A DNA stretch of 64,000 nucleotides from Candidatus Kerfeldbacteria bacterium (lineage in GTDB: Bacteria; Patescibacteriota; Patescibacteriia; UBA10025; JAHIVO01), in assembly GCA_016214565.1 (NCBI GenBank), contig JACROE010000002.1:536007-600006 (forward strand). The letters are read 5' to 3'. The notes under the pieces are model-generated. The model was not told the DNA's origin and did no database searches. It saw only the letters and a program-made list of their open reading frames with translations. Below, piece by piece: positions 8,698-20,005 of the stretch (its first letter is position 1; every line of letters starts with the position of its first letter). Position numbers and translations under genes: made by a program.

Positions 8698-11331
8698 ATG
8701 CGTCAGACATTTCGTGTCATTGTTATTTTTTTGCTGGTCACGGGCTGGTTATTCAGCGGGTGGCCGCCACTGTCTGACTCTTTTCCATCGCAACCTGAGT
8801 CAGCCTGGGCGACGGTATCGAATAATGGACGCTTGTATTATGGTGATGGGACAAACACGGTACTGCGCTTCCAGGAAAACGCTTATGATTTTGATTTCTC
8901 CACTGGCGAAGAATCATACACGCATGGCGCCAGTGCTAGTTTAATTAGATTCATCGTGGCAAAGCCCGCGGTTACTCGTGATGAGGTGATGGTGGGCATC
9001 TTGAAAGCAGACGGCCAATTGACGGTTATAAAAGGTGTCAACGGGTATGACGTCAACACTGATTACTCAACGGCCTGGAGTAATACCGGTACAACGCCGG
9101 CCATGACCTGTGAAGGCACTGAAGCCGATTGTTCTCGCGCTTTTGACATTGCATACGAGCGTTTGTCTGGCCGAGCCATGGTTGTCTACGCTGATAATGT
9201 GAATCAAAAACTGTATTATTGTTATTATGACGGCACCAACTGGGGGCCGGTTTCGAATTGCGCCCCGACGAATGGGACTAATGACATTACCCTCTCATCG
9301 AATGGCCGACCGACCTTTGTCTCGTTGAAACCGAAAGGTGGTTCTAATGAGCTGCTGCTCGGGGTAGGCATCGATGTGGCGGGCACCCATGAAGTGGAGG
9401 CGTACCGTTGGACTGGTTCGACGTGGAGTAACCAAGTAGTAGCAACTGATACGACCAATGCGTCATCAAGCGGAAACGAGCAAGGGGCTGTCTTCGATGT
9501 TGAGTGGGAGAGTAATTCGGGCGACGCTCTGGTCATGTATGCCACTACGGCTACGAGTAATGAGATAAAATATAAATTGTTACCCTCCGGCGGCAGTTGG
9601 GGTACTGAGCAGGGTGGATTTGAGACCCTGACGAATGGAGCGGTCACCGTTTGGGTGAATGCGGAGAGCGATCCACAGTCTGATCGGATTGCGATTGCTA
9701 CTAATGATACATCAAATGATTTCAATGGCGCCGTGTGGAAGGGCAACGGTACGAGTGCTGGGTTTACGGCACTGGTGAGTGATGGCACGCTTGAGGGTGG
9801 TAATGGTTCCACGCCCGGACCCGCCTATACCGATGTGCAATGGGAGCAAACCGGGTCTGAGTTTCTATTTGTTTTGATGGATGCTGGCGCTGGGGACACC
9901 GGTGCCTATGTTCGCTATGCCTGTACTGGCAGTGGTTGTAGTGTGTCGACCGCTCAAACGGCAATCACCACGACCGGTTTAACGGATGATGCTCAAATGA
10001 TTCGTACCGCCGCTTCTCGCAATAGCGACGATATCATGGTATTGCTCACTGATATCGACAATAATTTAATTACCCAACACTGGAATGGCACTGCCTGGGA
10101 AACAGGTGATGCGGGAGTGCTTGAGGCGTCATTGTCACTCTGCTCGGCTGATAATATTGCTACGGGTTGCAGTGCCATGCCCGCTGCCTTTACCTATATT
10201 CCCTATTCACCCTGGTCTCGGAATTGGAAATTTTGGCAGGGGACTGATACGACTGATACGCCGACAAATCAATTAGCAAATGAGAATGTGGCGCCTACTA
10301 GTTTTAGCGGAAAATTTCGGCTTCGATTTTCTGTGGCTGAACTCTCCGGCATGGGACAAGATAACTCAAGAAAAAAATTGCAGTATGCAACGGCTGATCC
10401 TGACGCCACATCCACCACCTGGACAGACGTTGATGATCCGGGCGGAACTGGCGCAGCCTGGCGATACTTCGATTGTAATGGTGGCAGCTCGGTCTGCGAT
10501 GACAATGGAGCACTGGGCGGGACCACTCTTTCCGGCTCGCCGACTGTGGGTTGGTGGACATTAGACAAGGACGCTGTTGGTGGTGCAGCCATGGATCATG
10601 CTGCATTGCAACTTCGTGAACTCGAATTTCCAGTCGAAGCATATAATGTCGCTTCCAGCACCACCTACTATTTCCGCATGTATGATGTCGATCAGGGTCG
10701 GCCGGTGCGGCGTGAGCAGGATAATGATGGTTCAAACGATTGCGCGACTGCCACGTGCACGTATCCGAGTTTAACCACGGCAAGCGGAAGCTTGACGGTT
10801 GATATTGTCGACAGCGGAGGTAGCTCGGTGTCCAGCCCGAGTATGGTGATGAACAATGCGACGTTTTCATTTACCTTCCAAACCGTTACCGGGAGTTTCG
10901 GCATATCGTCGCAGCAGATTCGAGTAACGAACACGACGGGTACGGCTACGTGGACACTCTCCTTGGCTGCCTCGGCCACTACGGCAGTGTGGGACAGCGT
11001 GGGTACTGATTATGATTTTAATGATCCGACGGCCGGTGCGGCTGACGGAGGCGACGCTGATTCGGTTGGCGGTCGTTTGACTATTGACCCGTCTGTTTCC
11101 ACGATTACGCCGCAGGGAGGATGTAGTACAACTGGCTTGACTAAGGGGGCTTCGACTGGCTTTTCTGAAGGAGTGACCAATACCATTACTTTGGTAACAG
11201 CAGGAGCTAGTACCGGCACGGGCTGCTATTGGGACGTCACTGGTATTGGCGTATCGCAGACTATCCCCATGGAGCAACCGATTGCTTCGGATTATGATAT
11301 TAATATGGTGCTGTCCGTAGTGGCGAGCTAG
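8698..11331 (+). CDS. Large secreted adhesin-like protein: beta-rich N-terminal region plus C-terminal WxL-like domain
   Basis: Signal region; Trp-Gly repeats (YDGTNWG, WTGSTWS, WNGTAWE); last ~180 aa closely match 6571-7272 (AVWDSxGTDYDFNDPT, VSQxIPxEQP, DYDIN). Confidence 0.7.
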   Translation: MRQTFRVIVIFLLVTGWLFSGWPPLSDSFPSQPESAWATVSNNGRLYYGDGTNTVLRFQENAYDFDFSTGEESYTHGASASLIRFIVAKPAVTRDEVMVGILKADGQLTVIKGVNGYDVNTDYSTAWSNTGTTPAMTCEGTEADCSRAFDIAYERLSGRAMVVYADNVNQKLYYCYYDGTNWGPVSNCAPTNGTNDITLSSNGRPTFVSLKPKGGSNELLLGVGIDVAGTHEVEAYRWTGSTWSNQVVATDTTNASSSGNEQGAVFDVEWESNSGDALVMYATTATSNEIKYKLLPSGGSWGTEQGGFETLTNGAVTVWVNAESDPQSDRIAIATNDTSNDFNGAVWKGNGTSAGFTALVSDGTLEGGNGSTPGPAYTDVQWEQTGSEFLFVLMDAGAGDTGAYVRYACTGSGCSVSTAQTAITTTGLTDDAQMIRTAASRNSDDIMVLLTDIDNNLITQHWNGTAWETGDAGVLEASLSLCSADNIATGCSAMPAAFTYIPYSPWSRNWKFWQGTDTTDTPTNQLANENVAPTSFSGKFRLRFSVAELSGMGQDNSRKKLQYATADPDATSTTWTDVDDPGGTGAAWRYFDCNGGSSVCDDNGALGGTTLSGSPTVGWWTLDKDAVGGAAMDHAALQLRELEFPVEAYNVASSTTYYFRMYDVDQGRPVRREQDNDGSNDCATATCTYPSLTTASGSLTVDIVDSGGSSVSSPSMVMNNATFSFTFQTVTGSFGISSQQIRVTNTTGTATWTLSLAASATTAVWDSVGTDYDFNDPTAGAADGGDADSVGGRLTIDPSVSTITPQGGCSTTGLTKGASTGFSEGVTNTITLVTAGASTGTGCYWDVTGIGVSQTIPMEQPIASDYDINMVLSVVAS

Positions 11332-11366
11332 GCAGCCGGGTAGTCGCTTGGTATACTCAAAAATAT

Positions 11367-12548
11367 ATGAAACGAAGCGAACAGCAGAAAACAGCGCATC
11401 GGATTCTCACTATACGGCAGCTGATGGTCGTGACTGTTGTGACGCTTGTATTGGTAACTTCGTTTGTTTTTTCTGTGACGTTGTTTGCTGATTCAGAGCA
11501 AACCGTCACCCTCACCCAGGTCATTGATCCGCACTTACAATTTCAAACTGTGAGTGATCTATCAGTATCGGTTGAGGACAGCACTGTTCCGGATACCCGC
11601 TACATTATTGCGGCACCAGCGTCGAGCGCCGTGCCACCATCGAATGCAGATATCCCTACGACCGGACCAGTAGTTAATTTTCAGGGCACTGTGGCATTCC
11701 CTGACGCACCGGTGATTATTGAGTTATCATCGCTGAAAATTCGCGGGCAAACCGTCAGTGATCATTTTGGTAATTGGAGCTGGTCGAATTATGGCGCACC
11801 GCTCGATGTAGGGGAGCATCATATTCGCGTGCATACGCTGGTCACCACTGATGACGCTACGACTGTATATGTAGAGCAATATACATTTCTCGTAACTGCC
11901 ATGAGTATTGATACAGCAGCCGCACTACTTGATCTGAATGAGGTATTGAGTACTGGGGAGGCGGCTGCGATAGCCGATAGTACGGTCAATTTTTCTGAGT
12001 CGGTTGATGAGGCAATGATATTATTTGATGCAGAACTCATTAATCCGCCATTGCGCTATCAGCCCGAGCAAGAATTGCTGCTTGGCATGACCGTGTCTCC
12101 GGTGCAGTTAAGCCGGGCGCTGCCCATGGAACTGACCTATAGTATCCATGACGCTGCCCAGTCAGCTGATGCAGAACCCCTGTACCGTAATACCGAGGAA
12201 ACCACGCTGCAGGTGTCGGGACAATATTTAGAAAAATCGTTTTGGCTGGGTGAAAATGTAACACCTGGGCGATATGTCCTTTCTATTCAGGCACGCATTG
12301 GGAACGTTATTTATTTGGTCAATAAGCCATTCACCATCGAGCCAAAATTTCTTGCTACCGTGGGCGGTGAACAAGTACCGATTGGTGAAGCAAACCGGAT
12401 TGTCATGCTGAACATGATTATTGTACTTTTATTAGTGTCACTTATTCTCGCCTTAATTGCCAACGAATATCGACGATTTTTTATTCATCAACCTATTGAT
12501 GAATCGTTGCTAGCCAGCCGTGGGTATTTTCGGTATACTCAGAAGTAA
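11367..12548 (+). CDS. Membrane-anchored Ig-like domain surface protein
   Basis: N- and C-terminal TM segments; FQGT...SDHFGNWSWS...LDVGEHHIRV Ig-like pattern; extended -10 TGGTATACT just upstream. Confidence 0.6.
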   Translation: MKRSEQQKTAHRILTIRQLMVVTVVTLVLVTSFVFSVTLFADSEQTVTLTQVIDPHLQFQTVSDLSVSVEDSTVPDTRYIIAAPASSAVPPSNADIPTTGPVVNFQGTVAFPDAPVIIELSSLKIRGQTVSDHFGNWSWSNYGAPLDVGEHHIRVHTLVTTDDATTVYVEQYTFLVTAMSIDTAAALLDLNEVLSTGEAAAIADSTVNFSESVDEAMILFDAELINPPLRYQPEQELLLGMTVSPVQLSRALPMELTYSIHDAAQSADAEPLYRNTEETTLQVSGQYLEKSFWLGENVTPGRYVLSIQARIGNVIYLVNKPFTIEPKFLATVGGEQVPIGEANRIVMLNMIIVLLLVSLILALIANEYRRFFIHQPIDESLLASRGYFRYTQK

Positions 12549-12552
12549 TATT

Positions 12553-12852
12553 ATGCCTCTCTTAAGTATCACGATTGATGTTTTGAATCTCGTATTAGCC
12601 ATCGCTGCTACGCTGACGATGTTGATGGTTGTTTTCCGTACCAGCAAACGCCTTGATTTGGCTTTCAAATTCTTCGCGGCAACCGCCATCTCTCTGTTAA
12701 TAGCTGGATTATTACGAATTGATCATTACATCGGTATTTTACCCACTGGACTGATTGATTTGGTATTGCCTATTTCGAGAACGGTTGCGCTTACCTTTTT
12801 TATCTTAGGAAGTATAATCATTCTGCTCATCATCGACAAAGAGTCTCGCTAG
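12553..12852 (+). CDS. Small integral membrane protein (3 TM)
   Basis: Hydrophobic 99-aa ORF from ATG 12553. Confidence 0.6.
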   Translation: MPLLSITIDVLNLVLAIAATLTMLMVVFRTSKRLDLAFKFFAATAISLLIAGLLRIDHYIGILPTGLIDLVLPISRTVALTFFILGSIIILLIIDKESR

Positions 12853-12907
12853 ATCAGAGCGTTGGGAGGGTGTGTTTGGGGCCCCTGCGTCAGAGTCTGA
12901 CGGAGGG

Positions 12908-14893
12908 TTATTTATAGTGCTGTTTTTTCTGCGTCGGCTTCTTGAGGAGCTGAACGGCATCCCGTAACTGAGCGGCTTTTTCAAAATCTAAATTTTGCGC
13001 TGCTAATTCCATTTGGGATTCTAAATCGGCGATAATGTGCGGGATTTCTTCTGCGGGGATGTCCTTGAATGACGGATGTTCAGCTTCGGCCTCTTTTCTT
13101 TTGGCGCCAGCTAAACGCGTTTCTTTGATTGCTTTGATAATTGTCTGCGGAGTAATACCGTGTTTTTTGTTATACGCTGCCTGGATGGTGCGCCGGCGGA
13201 TGGTTTCGTCGATGGCGCGTTTCATTGATTTAGTAATGTTGTCAGCGTACATAATGATATGCCCCTGCACGTGTCGGGCGGCACGACCCATAGTTTGAAT
13301 CAGGGCGGTGTCTGACCGTAGGTAGCCTTCTTTGTCAGCATCAAGAATAGCAATTAATGAAACCTCTGGCAGATCGAGGCCTTCACGTAATAAATTGATG
13401 CCAATCAAAACGTCGTATTTTCCTGTACGCAAATCACGCAATATTTCGAGGCGCTCCATCGTGTCTACCTCGGAATGGAGATATTGAACTTTGATATCCA
13501 GGTCAGCGAGGTATTCCGTAAGGTCTTCCGACATTCGTTTCGTCAGTGTTGTTACTAGCACCCGCTGCTTTTTTTCCACGCGGGTTTTGATTTCATCCAA
13601 TAGGTTATCAATTTGGTTTTTGGTTGGCCGTACTTCGACGGTTGGGTCGAGTAATCCGGTTGGCCGAATAAGCTGCTCGACGACTTGCCCTGACATTTCT
13701 ATTTCATATTCACTGGGCGTTGCCGAGACGTAGATGACGCGATTTAATTTTTTGGCAAATTCTTCATATTTTAATGGCCGATTATCCATGGCCGCCGGCA
13801 GACGGAAGCCATAGTTCACCAGCGTTTCTTTCCGTGAGCGATCTCCGAAATACATGCCCCGCACCTGGGGAATACTCATGTGGGATTCATCGATGAAGAG
13901 TAGGAAATCTTTGGGGAAGAAATCAATTAGGGTCGAGGGCGGTTCCCCGGCGGTGCGTAGGTCGAAATAACGTGAATAGTTTTCGATGCCATTGCAATAG
14001 CCGACTTCTTTAATCATTTCAATGTCATAGCGAACTCGCTCTTCGAGGCGTTGCGCTTCGATATATTTGTGGTTCTTTTTGAAGAGTGCCACTTGCCGCT
14101 CCATATCGAGCTGGATTTCCTTCAGTGATTGTTTGACCACTTCATCGGGAGCCAGGTAGTGTCGCGCCGGGTAGATGTCTACCCGTTCATGCGTTTGAAC
14201 GACTGATTGGGTCAGTGAATCAATCTCTTCGATTTTTTCAATTTCATCTCCCCAGAAACGGATGCGGTAAAAATTATTGGCCGAATCAGACGGAAACACC
14301 TCAAGTATTTCCCCGGTCACTCGGAATCGATTGCGCCAAAGATCGGTTTGGTTGCGTTCGTATTGGATGTTGACCAAGGCATGGAGAATAAGGTCGCGTT
14401 TTGTTGTATCCCCACGCTGGAGGTGGATGACATCCCGCTTGTATTCCGTCGGTGAGCCGAGGCCGTAAATGCACGAAACAGAGGCCACAATAATCACATC
14501 ATTTCGGGAAAGTAGGGCGGCCGTTGACGCATGGCGCAAACGATCAATCTCTTCGTTCATCTGCGTTTCTTTCTCGATATATGTATCGCTTCGTGGAATG
14601 TAGGCTTCGGGTTGGTAGTAGTCGTAATATGAAACGAAGTAGTGAACGGAATTTTTTGGAAAAAAATCTTCAAATTCTGAGGCAAGCTGGGCGGCCAATG
14701 TTTTGTTGTGCGATAGAATCAGAGTTGGTTTCTGCACCTGCTGAATAATATTAGCCATGGTAAAGGTTTTCCCTGAGCCCGTGACGCCCAAGAGGGTTTG
14801 GTGTTTGTGTCGCGCTAAACCTGCCACCAGCTTTTTGATAGCCGTCGGTTGGTCGCCAGTTGGTTTGAATGGGGAAGTCAGTTCAAATTTCAT
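12908..14893 (-). CDS. uvrB: Excinuclease ABC subunit B
   Basis: [41 protein letters not shown]-terminal UVR domain. Confidence 0.98.
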   Translation of the reverse strand: MKFELTSPFKPTGDQPTAIKKLVAGLARHKHQTLLGVTGSGKTFTMANIIQQVQKPTLILSHNKTLAAQLASEFEDFFPKNSVHYFVSYYDYYQPEAYIPRSDTYIEKETQMNEEIDRLRHASTAALLSRNDVIIVASVSCIYGLGSPTEYKRDVIHLQRGDTTKRDLILHALVNIQYERNQTDLWRNRFRVTGEILEVFPSDSANNFYRIRFWGDEIEKIEEIDSLTQSVVQTHERVDIYPARHYLAPDEVVKQSLKEIQLDMERQVALFKKNHKYIEAQRLEERVRYDIEMIKEVGYCNGIENYSRYFDLRTAGEPPSTLIDFFPKDFLLFIDESHMSIPQVRGMYFGDRSRKETLVNYGFRLPAAMDNRPLKYEEFAKKLNRVIYVSATPSEYEIEMSGQVVEQLIRPTGLLDPTVEVRPTKNQIDNLLDEIKTRVEKKQRVLVTTLTKRMSEDLTEYLADLDIKVQYLHSEVDTMERLEILRDLRTGKYDVLIGINLLREGLDLPEVSLIAILDADKEGYLRSDTALIQTMGRAARHVQGHIIMYADNITKSMKRAIDETIRRRTIQAAYNKKHGITPQTIIKAIKETRLAGAKRKEAEAEHPSFKDIPAEEIPHIIADLESQMELAAQNLDFEKAAQLRDAVQLLKKPTQKKQHYK

Positions 14894-16374
14894 GATCCGC
14901 GCTTGGCCGTCGTGGTTAGCTCGGCCAATCGTCGGGACAGTATAGCAGACAATGCCTCTTTTGAAAACCGCCAGCGCCAGTTACCTCGTTTGGTGCCGGG
15001 CTTATTGAGGCGTGCTTCAGCTCCAAGATTGAGCAGGTCTGGTAAGGGGGTAAGGCACAGGTGCGCTCGTGAATGCATGCCATATTCAATTAATTTCCAG
15101 GCAAACGTTTCCGGTGACGCCACGAGTTCTCGAAGCGCGGCGCTGCGTTCATTATCTTTCGCTTCGGTTGTTATCCAACCGCGGCTGGTCGTATTATCAT
15201 GCGTGCCCGTGTAGACCACGATATTGTCAGTGAAGAATTCTGGCCGGTGAAAGTTATTAGGGAAACCATTGAAGGCGAATTGGAGCACGCGCATTGAAGG
15301 AAAATGGTAGCGTTCGCGCAAGACGGTGACTGACTCTGAAATCATGCCGAGGTCTTCGGCAATAATGGAGAGTTGGGGGTATGCTTTGGTCACGATTGCA
15401 AAGAGCGCGTCGCCAGGCACGGGTTGCCAGGATCCATGGCGAGCGGTGCGTGCGCCGTAGGGGATGTGCCAGACAGCGTCGAATCCGCGGAAGTGATCGA
15501 GTCGAATCATATCATAGAGATAGGTAGCGCGACGAAAACGTTCGAGCCACCAGCGGAAATTGTCTCGCTGCATGACTTTCCAATTGTAGTGAGGGTTGTT
15601 CCATATTTGTCCTCGGCGGCTGAAGTAGTCCGGTGGGACTCCGGAAACGGCCTGAGGGCGCTGTCGGCTATCCAGCAAGAATTGATCTTGGTGTGACCAG
15701 ACGTCGACGCTGTCCGTGGTGACAAAGAACGGGATGTCGCCATAGATAGAAATATTTTTTGCTTGAGCGTAGGATTTTAGTTTCCGCCACTGACGGTCGG
15801 CCACCCATTGCTCAAATTGGTAATAGCGGATTTGATTTAGGTGATGTTCCTGCCACTGTTGCATGGTGGCGGTATCCCTGAGTGCTATTTTTTTTGGCCA
15901 ACGGGGCCACGGTTTCCCCCCGTGCGATTCTTTGACTGCCATGAAGAGCGCGTAGGTATCAAGCCACCATTGTTCAATGGTGATGAAATGGTGAAAATCT
16001 TTGATGAGTGCCTCATCGCGGTTTGTTTGGAAATACGTATACGCTTGGCGCAATAATTTCCATTTGACACTATAGGCATGACGGAAGCTAATGGGCTCAA
16101 CAGGTTTGGGGGCGGGCACGTCAGCTTCGTTCAGGAAACCATCTCGGACTAATTCTTGAGGACTGACTAATAGCCAGTTCAGGGCGTGAGCCGAGACCGA
16201 AGCATAGGGCGAGCCGGTTTCATCGGGAATGGTCAGAGGGAGCACCCCCCAGATCCGCTGTTTACTCATATACAAAAAATCAACAAAAGCATACGCTTCT
16301 GGGCCGAAATCGCCGATGCCATAGGGGCTGGGCAGTGAGCTAGGGTGGAGAAATATCCCTGATGATCGAGACAT
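14890..16374 (-). CDS. malQ: 4-alpha-glucanotransferase (amylomaltase, GH77)
   Basis: [45 protein letters not shown]. Confidence 0.95.
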   Translation of the reverse strand: MSRSSGIFLHPSSLPSPYGIGDFGPEAYAFVDFLYMSKQRIWGVLPLTIPDETGSPYASVSAHALNWLLVSPQELVRDGFLNEADVPAPKPVEPISFRHAYSVKWKLLRQAYTYFQTNRDEALIKDFHHFITIEQWWLDTYALFMAVKESHGGKPWPRWPKKIALRDTATMQQWQEHHLNQIRYYQFEQWVADRQWRKLKSYAQAKNISIYGDIPFFVTTDSVDVWSHQDQFLLDSRQRPQAVSGVPPDYFSRRGQIWNNPHYNWKVMQRDNFRWWLERFRRATYLYDMIRLDHFRGFDAVWHIPYGARTARHGSWQPVPGDALFAIVTKAYPQLSIIAEDLGMISESVTVLRERYHFPSMRVLQFAFNGFPNNFHRPEFFTDNIVVYTGTHDNTTSRGWITTEAKDNERSAALRELVASPETFAWKLIEYGMHSRAHLCLTPLPDLLNLGAEARLNKPGTKRGNWRWRFSKEALSAILSRRLAELTTTAKRGS

Positions 16375-16455
16375 ATATCTATTGTACCATGAGCGGGTCC
16401 GGCTGGGTTGGAGAGTGTCCATTCTGCACTGATTTTGCTATAGTATAGGGACATT

Positions 16456-17028
16456 ATGATTGCATTACTCACCGGAACAGTCCGCGAAAAAACAGCTAAA
16501 ACACTCACCCTCGTGGCTGGCGCCGTTGGCTATGAGATATACTGTTTAGCTGTTCTTTTGGAGAAGACACGTATTGGCGATGAGATGACATTGTACACGC
16601 ATCAGTACGTGCGCGAGGACGCTTTGGAATTATATGGTTTTGCGACAAGTGCCGAGCGCAGTTTTTTTCGTTTATTGATAAGCGTGACGGGGGTAGGCCC
16701 TAAATCCGCCCTGACCGTTATGTCGTTAACGACGCTTGATGAATTGGAGGCAGCTATCATTCAGGGCGATGCTGCATTACTGACGAAAGTTTCCGGTATC
16801 GGGACGAAAACAGCGTCGCGCATCATTGTTGATCTGAAAGGAAAGATTGCTAGCGGCAGTGACGCGGGCAGTCGATCGAGCGTAGATGGCGACGCGATTG
16901 ACGCACTCGTGGGCTTGGGATATTCCGTGCGTGAAGCACGCGAAGTGCTCAAGCATGTCGCGGATCCAAAGCTATCGAGCGGACAAAAAGTTCAAGCCGC
17001 TCTCAAATTATTAGGCACGAAGCAGTAA
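16456..17028 (+). CDS. ruvA: Holliday junction branch migration protein RuvA
   Basis: VGYEI, VREDALELYGF, LISVTGVGPKSAL, GIGTKTA, ALVGLGY. Confidence 0.95.
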   Translation: MIALLTGTVREKTAKTLTLVAGAVGYEIYCLAVLLEKTRIGDEMTLYTHQYVREDALELYGFATSAERSFFRLLISVTGVGPKSALTVMSLTTLDELEAAIIQGDAALLTKVSGIGTKTASRIIVDLKGKIASGSDAGSRSSVDGDAIDALVGLGYSVREAREVLKHVADPKLSSGQKVQAALKLLGTKQ

Positions 17029-18059
17029 TGGACGTACGCCGCTGCACTGATCAAAAAATATTTGATGCCTGGGTGCGAGCACAGCCCCAGACGCAGTTTA
17101 CGCAATCATGGGATTGGGGTGTATTTCAAGAAAAGACAGGACGGTCAGCGCGTCGCTATGGCGTTTTTGATGGCGGGACTATTCGAGCCGTGGCTCAAGT
17201 CATCATTCATCAGCTGCCTGGGCGCTGGCAGTATTGGTATATACCGCGAGGGCCGGTGGTACGGCACGATCTCAATGATGATGAGGTAGCGCACACCATG
17301 CGAGCATTGCTTGAACATATTATTGATGAAGCTGGTGACGTCGGTGCGCTTTCACTTATTATTGAACCAGCCTGGCGGCGGGAACGCTTGTCATTGCTGC
17401 AATCAATGATGAGCGCTTGGCCGGGCGAGTCAGCTCGTTTTCGCCAGCCTCAGGATACGCAGTTATTAGATCTGGGTGGCACTGAGGAGCAGTTGTTGGA
17501 ACAGATGCACCAGAAGACGCGGTACAATATTCGTTTGGCAGAAAAGCGCGGAGTCACAGTGCGCGTTTCGAGCGCGGTTGCCGATGTTGATCGTTTTTGG
17601 GACATAAATACTGAGACCACTCAGCGCGATCAGTTTCGCTCACATGCAAAGGAATATTACCAGCAGATGATGGAAACGCTTGGGCCGTCAGGCATGGCGC
17701 GAGTATTTATTGCAGAATATGAAGGCATGGCTCTTGCGGCAAATATTGTGTTGCATGCCGGCGATATGGCGACCTATGTTCATGGTGCATCATCGGATCG
17801 GGAGCGATCGGTCATGGCTCCGTATCTGTTGCAGTGGCAGCAAATTTTGGATGCGAAAACGGCGGGATTGAAATGGTATGATTTTGGCGGAGTCGGATCG
17901 GCAGAGGCGGGGACGCAGGATCGCTGGGCGGGCATTACTCGATTTAAACAGGGTTTTGGTGGAACCCCAATGAACTATATAGGAGCCCACACCTTGATTC
18001 TCCGGCCGGGGTGGTATAGAGTGTATAAATTAATTCGTCAACTACGGTCAGTCATATGA
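17028..18059 (+). CDS. FemAB/FemX-family peptidoglycan bridge aminoacyltransferase
   Basis: FTQSWDWG, YIPRGP, KTRYNIRLAEKRGV, YDFGG, GITRFKQGFGG. Confidence 0.9.
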   Translation: MDVRRCTDQKIFDAWVRAQPQTQFTQSWDWGVFQEKTGRSARRYGVFDGGTIRAVAQVIIHQLPGRWQYWYIPRGPVVRHDLNDDEVAHTMRALLEHIIDEAGDVGALSLIIEPAWRRERLSLLQSMMSAWPGESARFRQPQDTQLLDLGGTEEQLLEQMHQKTRYNIRLAEKRGVTVRVSSAVADVDRFWDINTETTQRDQFRSHAKEYYQQMMETLGPSGMARVFIAEYEGMALAANIVLHAGDMATYVHGASSDRERSVMAPYLLQWQQILDAKTAGLKWYDFGGVGSAEAGTQDRWAGITRFKQGFGGTPMNYIGAHTLILRPGWYRVYKLIRQLRSVI

Positions 18060-18772
18060 TCACTAAAGTTGTGATATCGGCAGCCGGTCGCGGCACCCGG
18101 ATGAAGCATCTCTCACAGCGTCGCCCCAAACACTTAATTGAAGTCGGTGGGAAGCCTTTTTTAAATTATGTACTTGAGAATGTCCGTGCCGCTGGCCTCA
18201 CTGATATTACTATCGTGAGCGGGTATTTCTCTGATCAAATTGAGTCATTTTTGAAAACAGTGCCATACCCGGTTCGAGTCATGAATCAGTTTGAGCTATT
18301 GGGGACCGAAGAATACGGCACCGCCTGTCCGATTAAAGTTGTTCGAGATGTCATTGGCACTGATCAATTTATAGCTTTGGCGGGTGACAATTATTATGAG
18401 GTTTCTGACATCACTAAGATGATTCACGAAGACGAATTTACGTATGTGGGCGCCAAGACAACTGACCATCCTGAAACAAAAGGGGTGCTCGTAACAGATG
18501 CGGATGGGATTCTCGAAAGTATTGTAGAAAAGCCAGCTACCTTTATGGGAAATTTGGTGAATGGCAGTGCGTATAAATTTACGCATGATATTTTCGATGT
18601 GATTGATGATGTGCCGCTTTCCTCGCGTGGCGAGTATGAGATCACCGATGCGATCACTGCATTGGCCGCATTACGGAAAGTAAAAGTAGTGAAGATTGAC
18701 GGGTATTGGATTGACTTTGGTAATCCAGATGATATTCATCAGTTTGAGCAGTATCTCAGTACGCGCCAGTAG
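18056..18772 (+). CDS. Sugar-phosphate nucleotidyltransferase (NTP_transferase family)
   Basis: AAGRGTRM, PKHLI, GD, VEKP, SRGEYEITDA, WIDFG. Confidence 0.85.
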   Translation: MITKVVISAAGRGTRMKHLSQRRPKHLIEVGGKPFLNYVLENVRAAGLTDITIVSGYFSDQIESFLKTVPYPVRVMNQFELLGTEEYGTACPIKVVRDVIGTDQFIALAGDNYYEVSDITKMIHEDEFTYVGAKTTDHPETKGVLVTDADGILESIVEKPATFMGNLVNGSAYKFTHDIFDVIDDVPLSSRGEYEITDAITALAALRKVKVVKIDGYWIDFGNPDDIHQFEQYLSTRQ

Positions 18773-18806
18773 CTCGCTATGCCCTCATCGTTGATAGCAA
18801 TGACAT

Positions 18807-18878
18807 GCCTCCGTCGTTCAGTGGATAGGACGCAAGATTCCGGATCTTGTAACAGAGGTTCGACTCCTCTCGGGGGCA
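18807..18878 (+). tRNA. tRNA-Arg(CCG)
   Basis: Cloverleaf GCCTCCG.../CGGGGGCA; anticodon arm CAAGA-TTCCGGA-TCTTG; T-arm AGAGG-TTCGACT-CCTCT. Confidence 0.93.
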
Positions 18879-18881
18879 AAT

Positions 18882-18972
18882 GATTTTTATAGCTAGGCGT
18901 ATGAAAGTAAAAGTGAAATAGTAGGACGTCCGCCTTCGGCGGATAATGTAGGTTCGATTCCTACTGAGGTCA
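18882..18972 (+). pseudogene. Degenerate tRNA-like element (possibly Arg-TCG derived)
   Basis: Intact T-arm GTAGG-TTCGATT-CCTAC; G-U-rich acceptor stem; shortened anticodon loop TCCGC-CTTCG-GCGGA; enlarged A-rich D region. Confidence 0.55.
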
Positions 18973-19008
18973 AAAGCCATTTTCAACGAATATTGCTATA
19001 ATGCATCT

Positions 19009-19947
19009 ATGTTAGAAATTATCATCGTTATCATCGGGCTGTGCATTTTTGAAATCATTTCCAGCGTGGACAATGCCATTGTTAACGCGCATGTACTGCG
19101 CACCATGCCGGAGAAGTACCGGAAGATTTTCCTTTTCTGGGGGATTTTATTTGCTGTTTTTGTCGTTCGCGGTGTACTGCCATTTATCATAGTGTGGATA
19201 GCTAATCCTACTTTGGGAATTGGCGAAATCATTTCTTCGGCATTCAATCATTCAGAAGAAATTCAGGGATATCTGGAGGCCTCTAAGCCGTTGTTGCTGA
19301 TTGGTGGTGGCACCTATCTCTTCTTAGTATTTATGGCTTGGTTATTTTTGGAGGAAAAAAAGTATGCTTTTTTTGTGGAACATTTTATTCATCGGCAGGG
19401 ATTCTGGTTTTATGCCCTTTCCTCAATTGGCTTAACGACTATTATATTTCTCTCAATGCGGGTCAACCCGATGATGGCCTTAGCCGCGTCAATTGGCGCT
19501 TCCGCTTTTTTCCTGACGGATGGATTTAAGAAGAATGCGGAAGAAAAAGAAAAACAATTGGCAGATCCATCGCTCGGAGCCTGGAGCAAGATTCTTTACC
19601 TCGAGGCATTGGATGCTTCATTTTCTATTGATGGCGTCATCGGCGCGTTTGCCTTTACTTTATCGGTGCCCATTATTATTTTGGGAAATGGATTGGGCGC
19701 GTTCGTTGTTCGAGAAGTTACCGTGCGGGGTATTAATTGGATCGCGAGGTTTGCTTATCTGAAAAATGGTGCTATGTATGCCATCGGCATGCTGGGTGGC
19801 CTAATGGTATTTGAGAGCTTTGGTCATGAGTATCCTTTCTGGCTCGCTCCGCTCAATACCGTACTCTTGCTCAGCATCTTCATGTATTTGTCCTGGCGGG
19901 AGATAAAGATGGCGAAACAGAATCAAACTCCGATTGTTGAGTCATAG
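19009..19947 (+). CDS. DUF475/TerC-like integral membrane protein
   Basis: EIISSVDNAIVNA, FLFWGIL, YLEALDASFSIDGVIGAFA, YLKNGAMYAI. Confidence 0.85.
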   Translation: MLEIIIVIIGLCIFEIISSVDNAIVNAHVLRTMPEKYRKIFLFWGILFAVFVVRGVLPFIIVWIANPTLGIGEIISSAFNHSEEIQGYLEASKPLLLIGGGTYLFLVFMAWLFLEEKKYAFFVEHFIHRQGFWFYALSSIGLTTIIFLSMRVNPMMALAASIGASAFFLTDGFKKNAEEKEKQLADPSLGAWSKILYLEALDASFSIDGVIGAFAFTLSVPIIILGNGLGAFVVREVTVRGINWIARFAYLKNGAMYAIGMLGGLMVFESFGHEYPFWLAPLNTVLLLSIFMYLSWREIKMAKQNQTPIVES

Positions 19948-20005
19948 AATGGTTGGTGTGTGCCGAGTATAAGATATGGCAGTTTTTTGGTATACTCCTA
20001 TTACC

